Below are positions 51,600 through 64,000 of a DNA stretch of 64,000 nt, piece by piece. Made by a program: the position numbers and the translations under genes. The stretch covers positions 3,562,799 to 3,626,798 of the forward strand of contig MU053588.1 of assembly GCA_013239625.1 (NCBI GenBank), read 5' to 3'. Source of the stretch: Lama guanicoe. Its lineage: Eukaryota. Below the pieces are notes generated by a model, which saw only the letters and a program-made list of their open reading frames with translations, did no database searches and was not told where the DNA came from. The stretch's first letter is position 1. Each line of letters begins with the position of its first letter.

Positions 51600-52070
51600 G
51601 TCGGGGCTGGGGCAGGGGCCAGGCTGGAAGCGCGAGACGCAATTTAGGCAGGGAGAAACGTTCAGGGGATGAAGGCCAAGGGTGTGACCTCCTCGTGTGG
51701 CTGGAGAAGTTGAGATGCCATAGCCCAATTAAATCAGGTCATTTGCGGACACACTGCCTGCCCCGCACCGCATGCCTCGTGCTGCAAAGACAACTGCGTG
51801 CTCGGCCGCCCAGTTTACCGGCCGCTTGCCATTCCGCGCGTGCGTACCTTCCAAGATTGCCAGGAATAGGCCTCTCCCGGGCCAATGCGGTGTGGCGTTC
51901 CTCTAGGCTCATCCAATGAGCTCATCAGATGCTTTCCAGTCGACCAATGGGGCTTCGAATGATCTGTCCGGTAAATAGGCCCCGCCTCCCGTGCCCTGAG
52001 GAGACTGTAGGTGAAGGCCAGGTTGGGCGAGTGGGGCGTTCGAGGCCGTTCCTTCAGCACCGTGAGATTT
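51600..52070 (+). promoter_or_regulatory. CpG-rich promoter and non-coding first exon region of TEX101
   Basis: Local CpG enrichment; CCAAT at 51725, 51882, 51913, 51944; CHR-like TTCGAA at 51954-51959; GC box; candidate donors at 51970 or 52010. Confidence 0.7.
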
Positions 52071-52749
52071 TTGTGAGATCATCTGGAAGCCAGGAAGGAT
52101 TTTGGTCCCTTTAAGGGAAAAAGGGCCCTGGGGACTCAGATTCTTGGGTCCTGAGGAAAAAGAAGGCTGGGGACTAGGACTCCTGGATCTGAGCGGGGGG
52201 TGGGGGAGGGGCAAGGGGTGAGGGGCTGGGGCCTTGCGCTCGCGGGTCTGAGAGACGGAGAGGCTGGGTGCCCAAAATCATGTGTCCTGCCAGAAAAGGT
52301 GACTGGAACCCTAGGCAGGACAGGCGTGGGACTTCAGAATTCCAGGTTCTGATAAAGTTGGGGGCTGGGGACTGAGCTACTTGGGCCTCAAAAGAGCATA
52401 GGTTTGAACCTGGACGCCCGAGTCTGAGGGAGAGGGAGCCTTTGGGCCAGACTTATGGATCCTGAGGTTGCAGGGCACTGGGCCGTTGAACCCCTTGGTC
52501 TAGGTGGCTGTGTATGAGAATTACAGCTGAGGAAACTGAGGCTTGTTAACTAGTTAACTTTCTTGAACTCACAAGCTAGACAGGGACAGATTGAATTTAG
52601 ACGTCATCGTTTTACATGCCCATGAGCTCTGTCCTGAAGTCAGTACTTGCCAGAACCTAGATTTAACGTCATTCCATCTGGTTGAAAAGTTTCTTCTCCA
52701 TCAAATCACAGATCCTGATCAGTTCTTCCAAACGTCTCTAAAAGAAGCC

Positions 52750-54884
52750 ATGGGGACCTGCTATAACCAGGGTTTGCTGCTCCTCTTTCTCCTAGGAGCT
52801 CCGACCTTGACCTGTATGTACTGGGGCAGTTGGGGGAGGCAGCTGGGTCACAGAGGATAGATTGCTAGTGAGAAAGCAGTGATTTTGGGGCCCACAGAGA
52901 AGGGCAAATTCTTATCTTTATCTCATGTTCTCCCCATTAGTACAAAATTTGAAATGTCAAAAGGCTACATTCAAGGGTATAGAAGAGGATCCAAGAGACA
53001 CCTTTAACTGGACCACAGAGAAAGTTGAGACTTGTGACAATGGGGCACTGTGCCAGGAAACCGTGCTAATGATTAAATCAGGTAAATGCGAAACAGGCAG
53101 TTGGGTTTGCAGTGGGGAGGTGATTATGTCCATATTAATGCTGTTTCCCCCTTGCCCAGGTCAAACTTTAGGCCCCCCACCCACTTTTCTTCCCTTTTAT
53201 CTCACTGCAGGAATCAACACAGTAATTTTGGCCACTAAAGGCTGCAGCTCGGAGGGGACACCAGAAATACTGTTTGTCCAGCACGCTCCACCCCCTGGCA
53301 TATTTGTGGTCTCCTACAGTAACTACTGTGAGGAGCCCCTTTGCAACAACAGAAAGGACTTATATGAGATATGGAGTCCAGAAGAGACCCCAGGTACCTT
53401 GGGAGGGGAGAGACGGGTGCTAAGAGGAACTCTCTGCACCCCTGAAAAATGGTAGGTCTTCTTTCTTTGTGTTCTTACTTGGCTTAGGTCCAAGTGGGCC
53501 ACAGACAAAAGGACCTCAGACCTTTATGCCCGTCTTTCTTCTTCTAAATTGTCACCTTGAGTTCCATAAACTGCTCCGAGCAGAGGGAACTCAGTAAAGG
53601 CTGGAGTGTAAATTGGGTTTTGTGTTTATTAAGCAGTAGAGGTTTCTGAGCAGGGCGGTGGCACCAGCAGTCTAACAGCTATTGCTTCCCCATTGCTGCA
53701 TGACCCCAGCCCAGTTCCCCCATTTGTCCCCACGGCCTATAGTAATTTGGCCCTGTCTATCTTCTCAGCTCATTGCCTTCTCTTCCCACTCTCATTTACT
53801 GTGTTCTAGCTGGGCTAGTATTCAAAATATTTAACCAGTCAGAATGGATGCTGGCTATAAAAAACAGTCCAGCCCTACCTGTGCCCACCAGATGAATATC
53901 AGCACTGCAATTTCTCACAATTCCCCAATCCATCCATCAAGTTGGTTCCCAATGCCAGGCCTTTGTCCTTGTTGTTTCTTTTGCTACCCTCACCCAACCC
54001 CCATTTTCACATAGCTAACCTCTGTTCATCCTCCATCTCAACTCAGGTGTCAGCTGTGTGAAAATACTTAACTGAGTTATTTTAGGTAGTTAGGTACTCC
54101 ACCATTTCTTTGCCCCTACACCTTGGACACCATGCCTACTGAGTTGTATTGTAGTTAATTACTTACATGTCTGTCTCCATCAAGACAATGACCCTATATG
54201 GCAGGAACTGTGTCCTTTTCATTTCTGTAGCTCCACACCCAAGCACAGACTTTGGAAGTCATGTTGGGTTCAGCTGGAGATGGTGGGGAGGTTGTAGTAA
54301 TAGGCCTTGATTAGAGTGGCACCAGCAGGGAAGACTCAAGGAAGTGAAGGCAGCAAGGAGAGACAACGCTAGAGGCAGGCCTCACTCTTAATTGTCCCTC
54401 TCTTTCCCCCTTCAGCTTCCAGCGAGTCAGCAACCCTCTTCTGCCCAACCTGTGTGGCTTTGGGGACCTGTTTGAATGCTCCTTCTCTTCCCTGTCCCAA
54501 TGGTACAAATCGATGCTATCAAGGAAAACTTCAGGTCACTGGAGGTAAATTGAATATCTGATGGTTTCAGAGGCCAAAAAGTGAGACATCTGAGTGTAGC
54601 CCAAAAGATTCTGTCACTCAGGGTCCTGGGAATAGGGAAGATGGGATTCCTCTCTGATTTCCTAAAATATCTATGTGTCTCCCCATCTTTCTTGTTCCAT
54701 AGGAGGCCTCAACACACCTTTGGAGATCAAAGGCTGTACATCCATAACTGGTTGCAGGCTGATGTCTGGGGTCTACACAGTAGGCCCCATGTGGCTGAAG
54801 GAAGTATGTCCGTTCAAGACTCTCACTCCCCGAAAGGTTGAAAATGCAGCCATGTGGCCTCCCACTTCACCTCGGAGGTTAGAG

Positions 54885-54921
<37 letters not shown>

Positions 54922-54938
54922 AGCTGCTTGTCCGTTGA
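52750..54938 (+). CDS. TEX101: Testis-expressed protein 101 (GPI-anchored LU protein), intact, 250 aa
   Basis: Exons 52750-52813, 52941-53081, 53211-53393, 54416-54544, 54703-54938 (753 nt). FNWTTEKVETCDNGALCQET, ILATKGC, PPGIFVVSYSNYCEEPLCN, CPTCVALGTC, GPMWLKEVC. AATAAA at 55052-55057. Confidence 0.96.
54888..54920 (+). repeat. Coding (CTG)11 repeat, poly-Leu in the TEX101 GPI signal
   Basis: CTA followed by 11 CTG codons gives 12 consecutive Leu. Confidence 0.95.
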
Positions 54939-57900
54939 GGAGGTGCTTCTGGTCCCAGTCACTGGACACCTCTTTTGACGTCATCAGCAGGTTGAGGAAC
55001 AGGTGGAGATCTGAGGAACAGAGAGTTTCTGTGGATGTATTTGATATTTCTAATAAAGTTTCTGCTGTGATTTGTGTATGCCTCAAGACTAGAAGTGGAG
55101 TTATAATGCTGAAAGGGCCCTCAAAATCCATCTTCTCCAACCTACACATTTTGCAAGAAGGGAATCAGAGATCTCGAAAAGCACAGTGAATTTCTCACAC
55201 TTACATAGCTATGGGCAGAGCCAAGACCAGAACTTAGATATTTTGACCCAGAGTCTGGTTTTTCTTTCATTTTAATGGGCTCCCTTCTCTTGCCAGCTGG
55301 ACAAGAGACTAACATTATCTGCCTCTAGAATATTCCTAACCCAATTCTTAAGGCCAGAGTCATCTGCTTTGGGGTTCCCTGGGAAGTGTGGCAGAATGAG
55401 AAAAATCAGACCCTAATTCTTCAATTATAATGGGCCCCATCTCCCTCTGTCCTGTTTGTCCCTTGTCCACTTCACATCATTCCTTCCCACCTCTGCTGCC
55501 TACTCAGTGCCTCGTCAGTGGACAGGGGAACTTAGGAGGGAGCTGGGGCTCAGTAGAGTATGAGGAATGTGGGCCTAGAACTATTGCGTGCGGAGATTCT
55601 TTTTCAGATTCTTATGCTTATATATTTACTTATTACTCAAGAATACACAAAGTCTATGTTATTGTAAAAGACTCCAGTGATATAGGAGCTGTAAATGTAC
55701 AGAGCAAAGTAAAAGGTAGAGTAAAGGGAACAGACTTTTTTCATTTTTTTTTAAAAAAGAGCTGTGTTGAGGCTTAATTGACATACAGTAAACTACAATG
55801 GGGGTGGGAGGAGAGGCTTTTAATGCAAACTGTTGACCCCTCTCACAAAGGGCAGGGAAGTCTGGTCACAGTATAGTGACCGTTCTTTCTAGAAAGTTCT
55901 CTAGTTCTAACTAATTCTTTGAGGTAAAACCTCACTCCTGCTAATACTTTATCTTTGTTCCTAGGCATCTAGTTCGTTCTCTACTGTGTCAGTTTGGTGA
56001 ATTTCTCCAAAGAGGGAGAGGAAGTACAAACAAATAAAAATTTAACTTAGTGAGGGGACATATAAAGCTGGGAAATTCCAAGCATCCAGAGCTATGGCTG
56101 GTAAATACTATTTGGGGTAAAACACAAAATCAAAAACAAAAAATCAGAAAAGCCAGGTAGGTGTCTCCCATAGGACACTGGCTTTTTAATGGCACTGAAG
56201 ACAGTTGCAGAAGACATTCCTGAGTGAATGGAGGAGGGTCACAGTTTTCAAAAATGTGGCCTATGAATTGTTCTGATATTTAAAAAATTATATGTATCAC
56301 ATGCCAAAGGGTTTTATGCAGTATTTACACATTTCTCAGGCCACAAACTCAAGTGTGCAAACTTTCTAATATTTTAATATAAATATATAAAATATTTATG
56401 TTATTTGTTTTTATGATAATTTTGTTTATAACAATCTCACATCCTACTTAGTGGTTGGTAGAAACTTAACCAGTTTGTACAAACTTCAGTCATGTCAGGG
56501 TTTTCTCAGTCACTTCAGATTTAAGTTCAGTCAATTCAGGGCTTTTTTTCCTTTCCACTCTCCTCACCCAGGGCTCTGCTATAGTGCTGGTGGGGTGCAC
56601 GAGGTGACTGTCTAGTTTTCACCTCTCATGCTGCTCATAATCAAGTTCTTACTGAAGCCTGGTACTTGGCTTCCATTCCTGCTGGTTTCCACTGGAAAAC
56701 CTTCAACCCCATCTGGGCACTCGTGGACATCCACACAGGTCCTGTAAGCTCTGTTGGCCCTCTCAGCTATTTCAGGGCCTCTTCCAACTGCTCGCAAAGC
56801 CCCCTGAGGTGCTTCAGGAATCTGAGGCTGCATAGGCATCCCATGTGGCTGGTGAAATTCCTCCAAGATCTGGAGAAAAGATAATTTCATAGGGACTTAT
56901 TTTTCTGCCAAGGTACTTGGGAAAAAATGGGACCTAGACTCTGGAATTTTTCACCTACCATATACAGATCACTATCATATGTTCTTCTCAAATCTATTGT
57001 TTTTTGGCAACAATCATGCCACAAAGCCTTCATTCTTAGACTGAAACTTGAAAATTCCAAGTCTAACAAGTCAAAGGTTGGGCCTTTGGAATTCCATCTA
57101 CCTCTACTTCAATTTACATAGCCTAGTTTGAAACTTCAAGGCTGAACACGAAGGTATTTCCGGCTCTTTGCATTTCTACGGTAATAGGCCTACTGACTGG
57201 GGGAGAAGGGGGATGTACAAAGAACCGGGGTGTGGGGAGACAACAGTCATAGTGAAATATAACCCTGCCATATGCCTACTCCTTCACCCACCTGGATTTA
57301 GCCTCTCGTTACACATGACATTCATTACTCCCTTCAGGTTGTGTTTGTGTTCTTTCCTCTCTGAAATTCCATCTCTTCTTCCCACCTACCCACCCTAGAG
57401 GTCTCCACTAGACATCTCACTGCTAACTCTAGCAGACCATTCCTGACTTCTCTGGCACCCACTGAGCCCCCTCAGCATAGCCCCAGCACATCTGCTTGCC
57501 TTACTTCAACATTTGACTGTTTCCCACACAATGCACTGTCTGACAAGGTGACAGCACTTTATGGACAGGCGTCATTTGCAACCGCTTTATAACTTAGCAC
57601 CCATTAGATGTGACTGGCAACTTGATGTTATGAGCCTTCCAGAACTGCTTATGGAAGTGAGCCAAACTTCCGCTACACACGCACACACACTCCTCTCCAA
57701 CAGCTAAACGAACCACCACCAACCATCATCAATTACCTTAAACTTGATGCTGATGTGGAGAAAAAAGGCAGTAAGTTCTGGAGGGTAGACAAGAAGAGAG
57801 GCAGAAGACTTTAAGAAGAATGGGCATTGCAAAAAGGTAAGAATCTGAAAATTCCTCTATCTTGTCAATGATGTTGTAGTGGCTGTGTAGTCACACCCTA

Positions 57901-58199
57901 GTTTGGGGCAGTGATGTCAGAGTGGGAGGTCTGTTTTGAGCCTGAGCTAGGAAACCAGTTGTTCAGATTCTTTTACTATTTGAAAATAATTATCACTTAT
58001 TGGGCAATTAATCTGTTTCCTGCTCTATACCAAAAACTTTAGAAATGCAATTTATATGATTCTACTGTGCATTTTTGTAGGCAATTGGAGGCAACTCAAA
58101 TATTTATTACTAGGGGAACAGATAAGCAAAATGTGGCAGACACATTCTTTGGATGGGCAACATTTATCATTCAAATCACATTACGTTTTTTAAAAAAGT

Positions 58200-61100
58200 A
58201 AGGAATTTCTTTTGCAGCAAAATATCACTTGTATAAATTAAACAATGCTACAATCAGAATACAGAACAGTTTCTTCACCTCAGAAACTCTCTTGACCTAC
58301 TGTAGTCACACCTCTCCTCATCCAAGCCCTTGACAACCACTGATCTGTTCTCTTTCACTATAGATTTGTCTTTTTTAAAATGCCATAGAAATGGAATCGT
58401 ACAGTGTGGAAATTTTTGAGACCAGTTATGCCTTTGAGATTCATCCATGTTATGTATATCAACAGTTTGTTCCTTCTTATTGATAAATATTATTCTGTTA
58501 TATGGACATAGCACCATTTGTTTATCCATTAATGCACTGAAGATGTTGGGTGGTTTCTAGTTTGGGGGAGTTATGAATTAAACTGCTATAAACATTTGTA
58601 CAGGGAGATATATACAAGATCTTGTGGTAGCTCACAGTGAAAAAAAAAGTCACAATAAATATATGTATGTTCATGTATAACTGAAAAATTGTGCTGTACA
58701 CTGGAATTTGACACATTGTAAAATGACTATAACTCAATAAAAAATGTTAAAAAAATTTGTGTACAAGTTTTTATAGAAACATAAAATTGTATTTCTCTAG
58801 GATGAACACTTAGGCGTAGGATTGCTCGGTCATATGGCAAAGAGTGTGTTTAACTTTACAAGAAATTGAGAAACTGTATTCCAGAGTTCTTGTATCTTTT
58901 TTTTTTTTATTCTCACCAGCAATGTATGAGAATTCTAGTTTTATACTTTTCAGAATACAGGTCCTGAACATATATTGTTAGATTCATTCTTATTTCACCT
59001 TTTTGGAGCTATTACAAATGGTACTTTTAAATGTCAGTTTTTAATTTTTCATTGCTAGTTTATGAAATAAGTGCAATTGATTTTTGTGTATTGACCTTAT
59101 ACCCTGCAATGTGGCTAAACTCATTTATCTTTTTTGTGTGTATGTGAATTTCATGGGATTTTCTAAGTAGACAATCATGTCATCTGCAAATAGGGACAGT
59201 TTTTTTTCTTTCCAATATGTAGGCCTTTTATTGCTTTTTTTTTTCTTATTGTAGTGATTAGGACTTCTAGTACAATGAGTAAAAGTAATGAGAGTGGACA
59301 CTTGGGTTTGTTCCCAATCTTAGGAAGTTTCTTAAAAAATTAAACATACACTTACCACAGGATTCAGCCATTCCTTTCCCAAGGACCCCCCAGAAGAAAC
59401 AAAAGCATGTATCCATACAAAGATTTTTATACAAATGTTCCTACAGCTTTATTTATAACAGCCCAAAACTGGAAACAACTTCAGCGCCCAACAACAGTGA
59501 AAGAATAAGTAAAGTATGATACATCTTCATAATGGAATACTACTCAGTGAAAAAAGGAATGAACTATTGATGCAGACAGCGACATGGATGAATCTTAAAA
59601 TAATTATCCTAAATGAAAGAAGCTAGACAAAAAAAAAAAAGAATCCATACTGTATGACTGCATTTATATTAAGCTTTAGAGAATGAAGTCTACAGTGACA
59701 GAAAGCAGGTCTGTGGTTATCTAGAATGGGGCTGAGGCGAGGAATGGATTACAAAGGAGCACAAATTTTTGGAGTGATAGATATATTCATCTCTTGATTG
59801 TGGGAACAGTGAGGTTTCTGGGGTGGTTACATATGTCAAAAATCAAAAGATTGTACCCTTTAAATATGAAACTTATTATCTATTTTATATATAGCAGTTA
59901 GTATCTGCAAATCTCAAACTCCCAATCTATCCCTTCCCATCCCCTTCCCCCACTGGTAACCATAAGTTTGTTTTCTAGTCTGTGAGTCTGTTTCTGTTTA
60001 GAAATACAATTCATTTTAAAATTTATTTTGTACCCTGCAATTTTGTGTGTGAGTCACACTTTCCTGTATCATTGTATGCGTCCAATTTTTTTTTATTGAA
60101 ACCTGGACGTTTTATATATTGTATTGTCCCAGCTTTGAAAACTGATTATTACCTGCCCTGGGCTTCTTGTTGTTTGTTTCGTGACTTGGTTAGACTAGTT
60201 CAGTGATGTCTTTCATCTCTGCAGAGAGCATCTGATGTTGGTACTCACGGGGCATCTCCTTGAGCATACAACCCAATCTCCCTGGAAAAACAGTGTTTCC
60301 AGCAAGGCTGTCTTGTCTGTCTTTTCCCCTGATCTCCCTGTTAAGCTGTCTGCCTCTGCTGTGATCACACCCAGCTGTTAGGTTCCACTAGTTGCTGGCT
60401 GATTATTCTATTGTTTTTAACAGTGCCCTGGGACATAAATTGCCTCACAATCAGATCCTATTAAATTCAGGCAGGGGTTGCTTCTGAGGCCAAGCTTTGA
60501 GGTTTTGTTCGGACCCCAGGAGGACTCCAGTTAGCTGTGTCTTTCCCTAGTTCTCTTTCAGCAAGCCTAGGGTTTAGTTTGTTGACTTCATGGAACTGCC
60601 AATCGCCTCTTCATTGCTTACAACCGAAATCTCCGTTGTTTACAAGAGGGCCCTTAGTCATGAACTTCTCCACCATTCTGTTCCAAAGGAAGTTGTGGAA
60701 AGAACTTTAAATCCCTCTTTTCTTATCTGTATCTCTGAGCCACAGTCTGGGAGCCACAGGCAAGGACAGTGGAGAACTTTTCTCAGAATGCCACTCCTGC
60801 TTCACAAACAGGGCATGGGCAGGGGTGGTAGCCTCTGGTCTTCTTGGCTTGCCTCTCCCAGCATGGAGAATCTTCACCACAAGCAAGCTGGAGCAAGGCT
60901 GATGGAGATCCCAGGATCCTCAGCCTGCTGTTTTTCGGTAGAGCCTTGGCCCTGTGATTGACATTTGGGTGGAGGAGAGAGTCTCTAGCCTCTCAATCAC
61001 ACTTGCCTGAAGTTTTCCTTTGCAGTGTGGAGTTGAGGTGGGTGAGTAAGGCTGGCAGCCTGCCCCACTGGCAGTGATGCTGGAGTCCTTGACTGGGAGA

Positions 61101-61620
61101 TGGGGCAAGAGGGAACCTCTCTTTTTGGATACACCCACACATAATGTTACTTTCATCACCCAGAGCTAGAGGTAGGGGGGGAATCAGAGCTCAAAAACCA
61201 GACTGTCTGCTGTTCTTACTAATATTTAGTGTATTTTTGTGAATAAATGTCTCTTTAAAATCCATTCAGAGTGGCAAAAATTGAAATTTCTTTCTTACTT
61301 TTCTGGAACCACAAGAGAAGATTTCCCGAGCAAACTGTGGTTACCTGGGGGGAAAGGTGGAGGTGGGGGGCAAGGGAGGGATAGGTTAGGAGTTTAGGGT
61401 TAATGGATACACATTACTATATATAAAATAGATAAACAACAAGGACCTACTGCATAGCACAGGGAACTATATTCAATTTCTTGTAATGAGCTGTAATGGA
61501 AAAGAATCTGAAAGAAGGATATTTATGTATATGTATAACTGAATTGCTTTGCTGCGCACCTGAAACTAATATTGTAAATTGACTATACTTCTATAAAAAT
61601 TAAGAATTAAAATTTTTTTT
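58200..61620. mobile_element. Cluster of nested L1 fragments in both orientations
   Basis: L1 3'UTR motifs (tttgagattcatccatgtt, atggatgaatcttaaaataatt, aacaaggacctactgcatagcacagggaactat). Approximate. Confidence 0.7.
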
Positions 61621-63086
61621 TTAAAAAGTGAAGATTTTTTCTAGGCTCCTTAACTGGATAGCCCTTACAATCACCTGGTTTTTAGTTCTAGTCTCAGTTA
61701 CTAACCCCAACATCATAAAGGCCCACGAACGATGACCTCTCTGAACGGTGACTAAAGGGTCATCACCAGGTCCCACAGTCACTATTACATATCTCGTGCT
61801 TATGCACCAGAATAAAGAGTAGGTTTTCTGGCTTTGAGGCACTTTCTTTTTTTTGGGCACCTGTGAATTTAACGTCTCATTCAAGACCAGCTAGTAACTG
61901 AAATATTACTCTTCTAGAATATCTGCTTTTTTTTTCTCTCTTAAGGACAGTAAGTCTTCCAAAAAAGTCTGAGGGCCAAGTCAGTGCCAGGTTCTGCACT
62001 TAGGACAGATGCCAGAACAAACAGGCCAGTCCACCTTGTCTTTCCAAAGATTACATTCCCCCAGGGAAGATGGACAGTTTAATTGCAAGTTGGGAGGGAA
62101 AGAACTGGAAGGGTATGACCAAAGATCCTCATACTGGGGACAGCAATATTACATGTTACAGGTGTACAGTATAGCGAGTCACAGTTTTTGAAGGTTATGC
62201 TCCATTTATAGTTATTATAAAATATTGGCTATATTCCCCATGTTGTACAAATACATCCTTATAGCTTATTTTATACCTAATAGTTTGTGTCTCTTAATCC
62301 CCTACCCCTATATTGCCTCTCCCCGCTGGTAATTGCTAGTATGTTCTCTGTATCTGGGAGAGACTCTCATTTGAAACATAGGTTTCTCTGTAAAAAACGA
62401 AAAAAAGACCACATCTGCAGAGAAAGTGGTTTAATTGATGGACCCATGCACAGCGGGAACGTGGTGGCGTCGCAGGGAAAGGATTGCACCTCTGTCACTC
62501 AGGGCATCACTTTCATACTTGAGATTTCTTGATTTTCATATGCTTGATGGCACCCAAGGCCATGGGTAGGCGCACTGCACAGCAATGGAACGCAGTCATG
62601 GGGTCAGTGGTAATGAATTCTACCTGTTTTCCAGTCAGTCCCATGGAGGGCAAAGGTCTATCTCTCCATCGACTGCCCTCTCACCCCTGCTCAGAAGACT
62701 GCATGTTGTCCTCTCTCTGCCCCTCGCTCACTTTCTCTTCCACCTTTTCTGGTCACGAATCCTTCCCAGATCCTCCTCCTTCCATTTTCCCCCTGCAAAC
62801 CCTCTTCTTCCCTTTTGGACTCTCCTCTCTCCATCTTTTGCATTTTGCCCTTGTCTCTTACTCTCTTTCCATCTTTCCTCCCTTTTCCCCTCTCCCCCCT
62901 CTCTGGACCTCTGCTCCTCACTCTTCCTCCTGCACCTTCCTACCTCATCCTGTCTTCCCACCTGCCTCCTCTTTCCTTCTCACTCCTCTCCGTGGCACCT
63001 CACTCCACCTCTTTATCCAGCTCTGTCTCTTCCCGGCTCACCCCTGTCTTTCCCCATCCTCCCCGGACACTCTTACCCTTTGATTG

Positions 63087-63537
63087 CTAGCAATACTTCC
63101 AAACTTTATCCTCGTCATAGTTTGGAGACAGTGAGCACCAAAGCTTCCCATTAAAACTCCCAAGTGTTGTGCAATTGTTATAAACTTTGTTATGATAGAT
63201 AAAGGGAAAGTAACATCGGGCAAAGTCTGAAAAATAGAAGGAATGGGTGAGAAAATTAATTCTTGTAGGGTTCTTTTAAGTCTTATCAGGAGAAAGGGAC
63301 ATGAATGAAACACGGGGGAGGGGGGGCAGCTGTGTGAGGAGATGCCTGAGGCTTCCATTTGGAGGCAGTCATGGACATTCCCCTTTCATCTGGGAAGCCA
63401 CGTGCTCCTCCCATGAGGACAAGCTGCACACTCACCTTTCCTGCTACAGTATTTCCATCTTCCTATATAATCTGCATTTAGAGAACACTAGTTGTATATG
63501 GAACTACAGTCAGTACAAATAAAAATGCATTTCACCT
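63087..63537 (-). pseudogene. Binder of sperm (BSP / PDC-109 family) gene, FN2-A and FN2-B exons; FN2-A disrupted; 5' exons probably right of the window
   Basis: Exon 63537-63436: (E)VKCIF-ICTDCSSIYN*CSLNADYIGRWKYCSRK, with about a 30-nt deletion and TGG>TAG. Exon 63226-63077: DFARCYFPFIYHNKVYNNCTTLGSFNGKLWCSLSPNYDEDKVWKYC*, stop at 63087-63089 and donor 10 nt later. Possible 3'UTR exon 62574-about 62415 with ATTAAA at 62430-62435. Confidence 0.88.
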
Positions 63538-64000
63538 CTGTAGATGAATGGGAAAATATATTCATTTTCTGAAAGAAGAAAGACATTGTCCACTTCTTTG
63601 GCTCTTAGTGTTTCACGATCTCTGCAGTAACACTGGCAAGTTTCTGTTCAAGCCAGCCCATCATCACCAAGGGCCTGGTGATCATTACAGAGCCCTCTGT
63701 GTCGGTGGTGCGATATTATGTACACACAAACACCGTGCGGAGAGAAGCGAAGCAGTTCTCTGTTAATTGATTTTTAGAAAAGGATTTATATAGAACATGC
63801 ATGGTGCCTCACATATCATCTAAGTTATAACAATGTTAATAATCTTAAGCTATTTCGGTTCCCAGGCTCTAGGTTCCCAGGCTCCTGCAGTAAGCACAGG
63901 GTGTTACATGATCAAGGACAGACTGTTTTAAAGCTCGTCACAAAACTTCATTAAGTAGGCCATCTCTCATCCAGCCGGCTGTGCCTGTCTGAGGTGGTCC

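Noticed and set aside
54823..55189. Poly-Ala ORFs on both strands
   Set aside because: Alternative frames of the TEX101 CTG repeat.
62529..63154. 184-aa and 189-aa Pro/Ser/Leu-rich ORFs
   Set aside because: Artefact of a stop-poor polypyrimidine tract, antisense to the BSP intron.

Overview
Eukaryotic (mammalian) genomic DNA, very likely a camelid (camel/alpaca/llama), judged from many short tRNA-Ala-derived SINEs of the Vic-1 type. It is the block orthologous to the human 19q13.2-13.31 CEACAM and Ly6/uPAR region. Exons were reconstructed by hand from splice sites and reading phases. Gene order: DMRTC2 (-, last exon left of the window); a shared CpG-island promoter; LYPD4 (+, intact, 246 aa); one ITAM-bearing CEACAM3-like receptor (-) with a dead B exon, a mutated A2 acceptor and an intronic PGM2 retrocopy; CD177 (+); ERVL remnants with a 62-N assembly gap; a relic Ly6/uPAR exon pair; TEX101 (+, intact, 250 aa); and the 3' part of a binder-of-sperm (BSP) gene (-) missing from the ORF track. 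Main observations: (1) a 13-nt tandem duplication in the last CD177 exon puts the GPI signal out of frame and predicts a secreted CD177; (2) the BSP gene has a deleted, stop-containing first FN2 exon but an intact second one, which may relate to the absence of seminal vesicles in camelids; (3) DMRTC2 has Met>Thr in the conserved DM recognition helix; (4) the LYPD4/DMRTC2 and TEX101 promoters share a CCAAT-CHR-like 17-mer. Most entries in the ORF track are spurious or partial exon read-throughs. Comparisons to human or bovine sequences are from memory, not from database searches.
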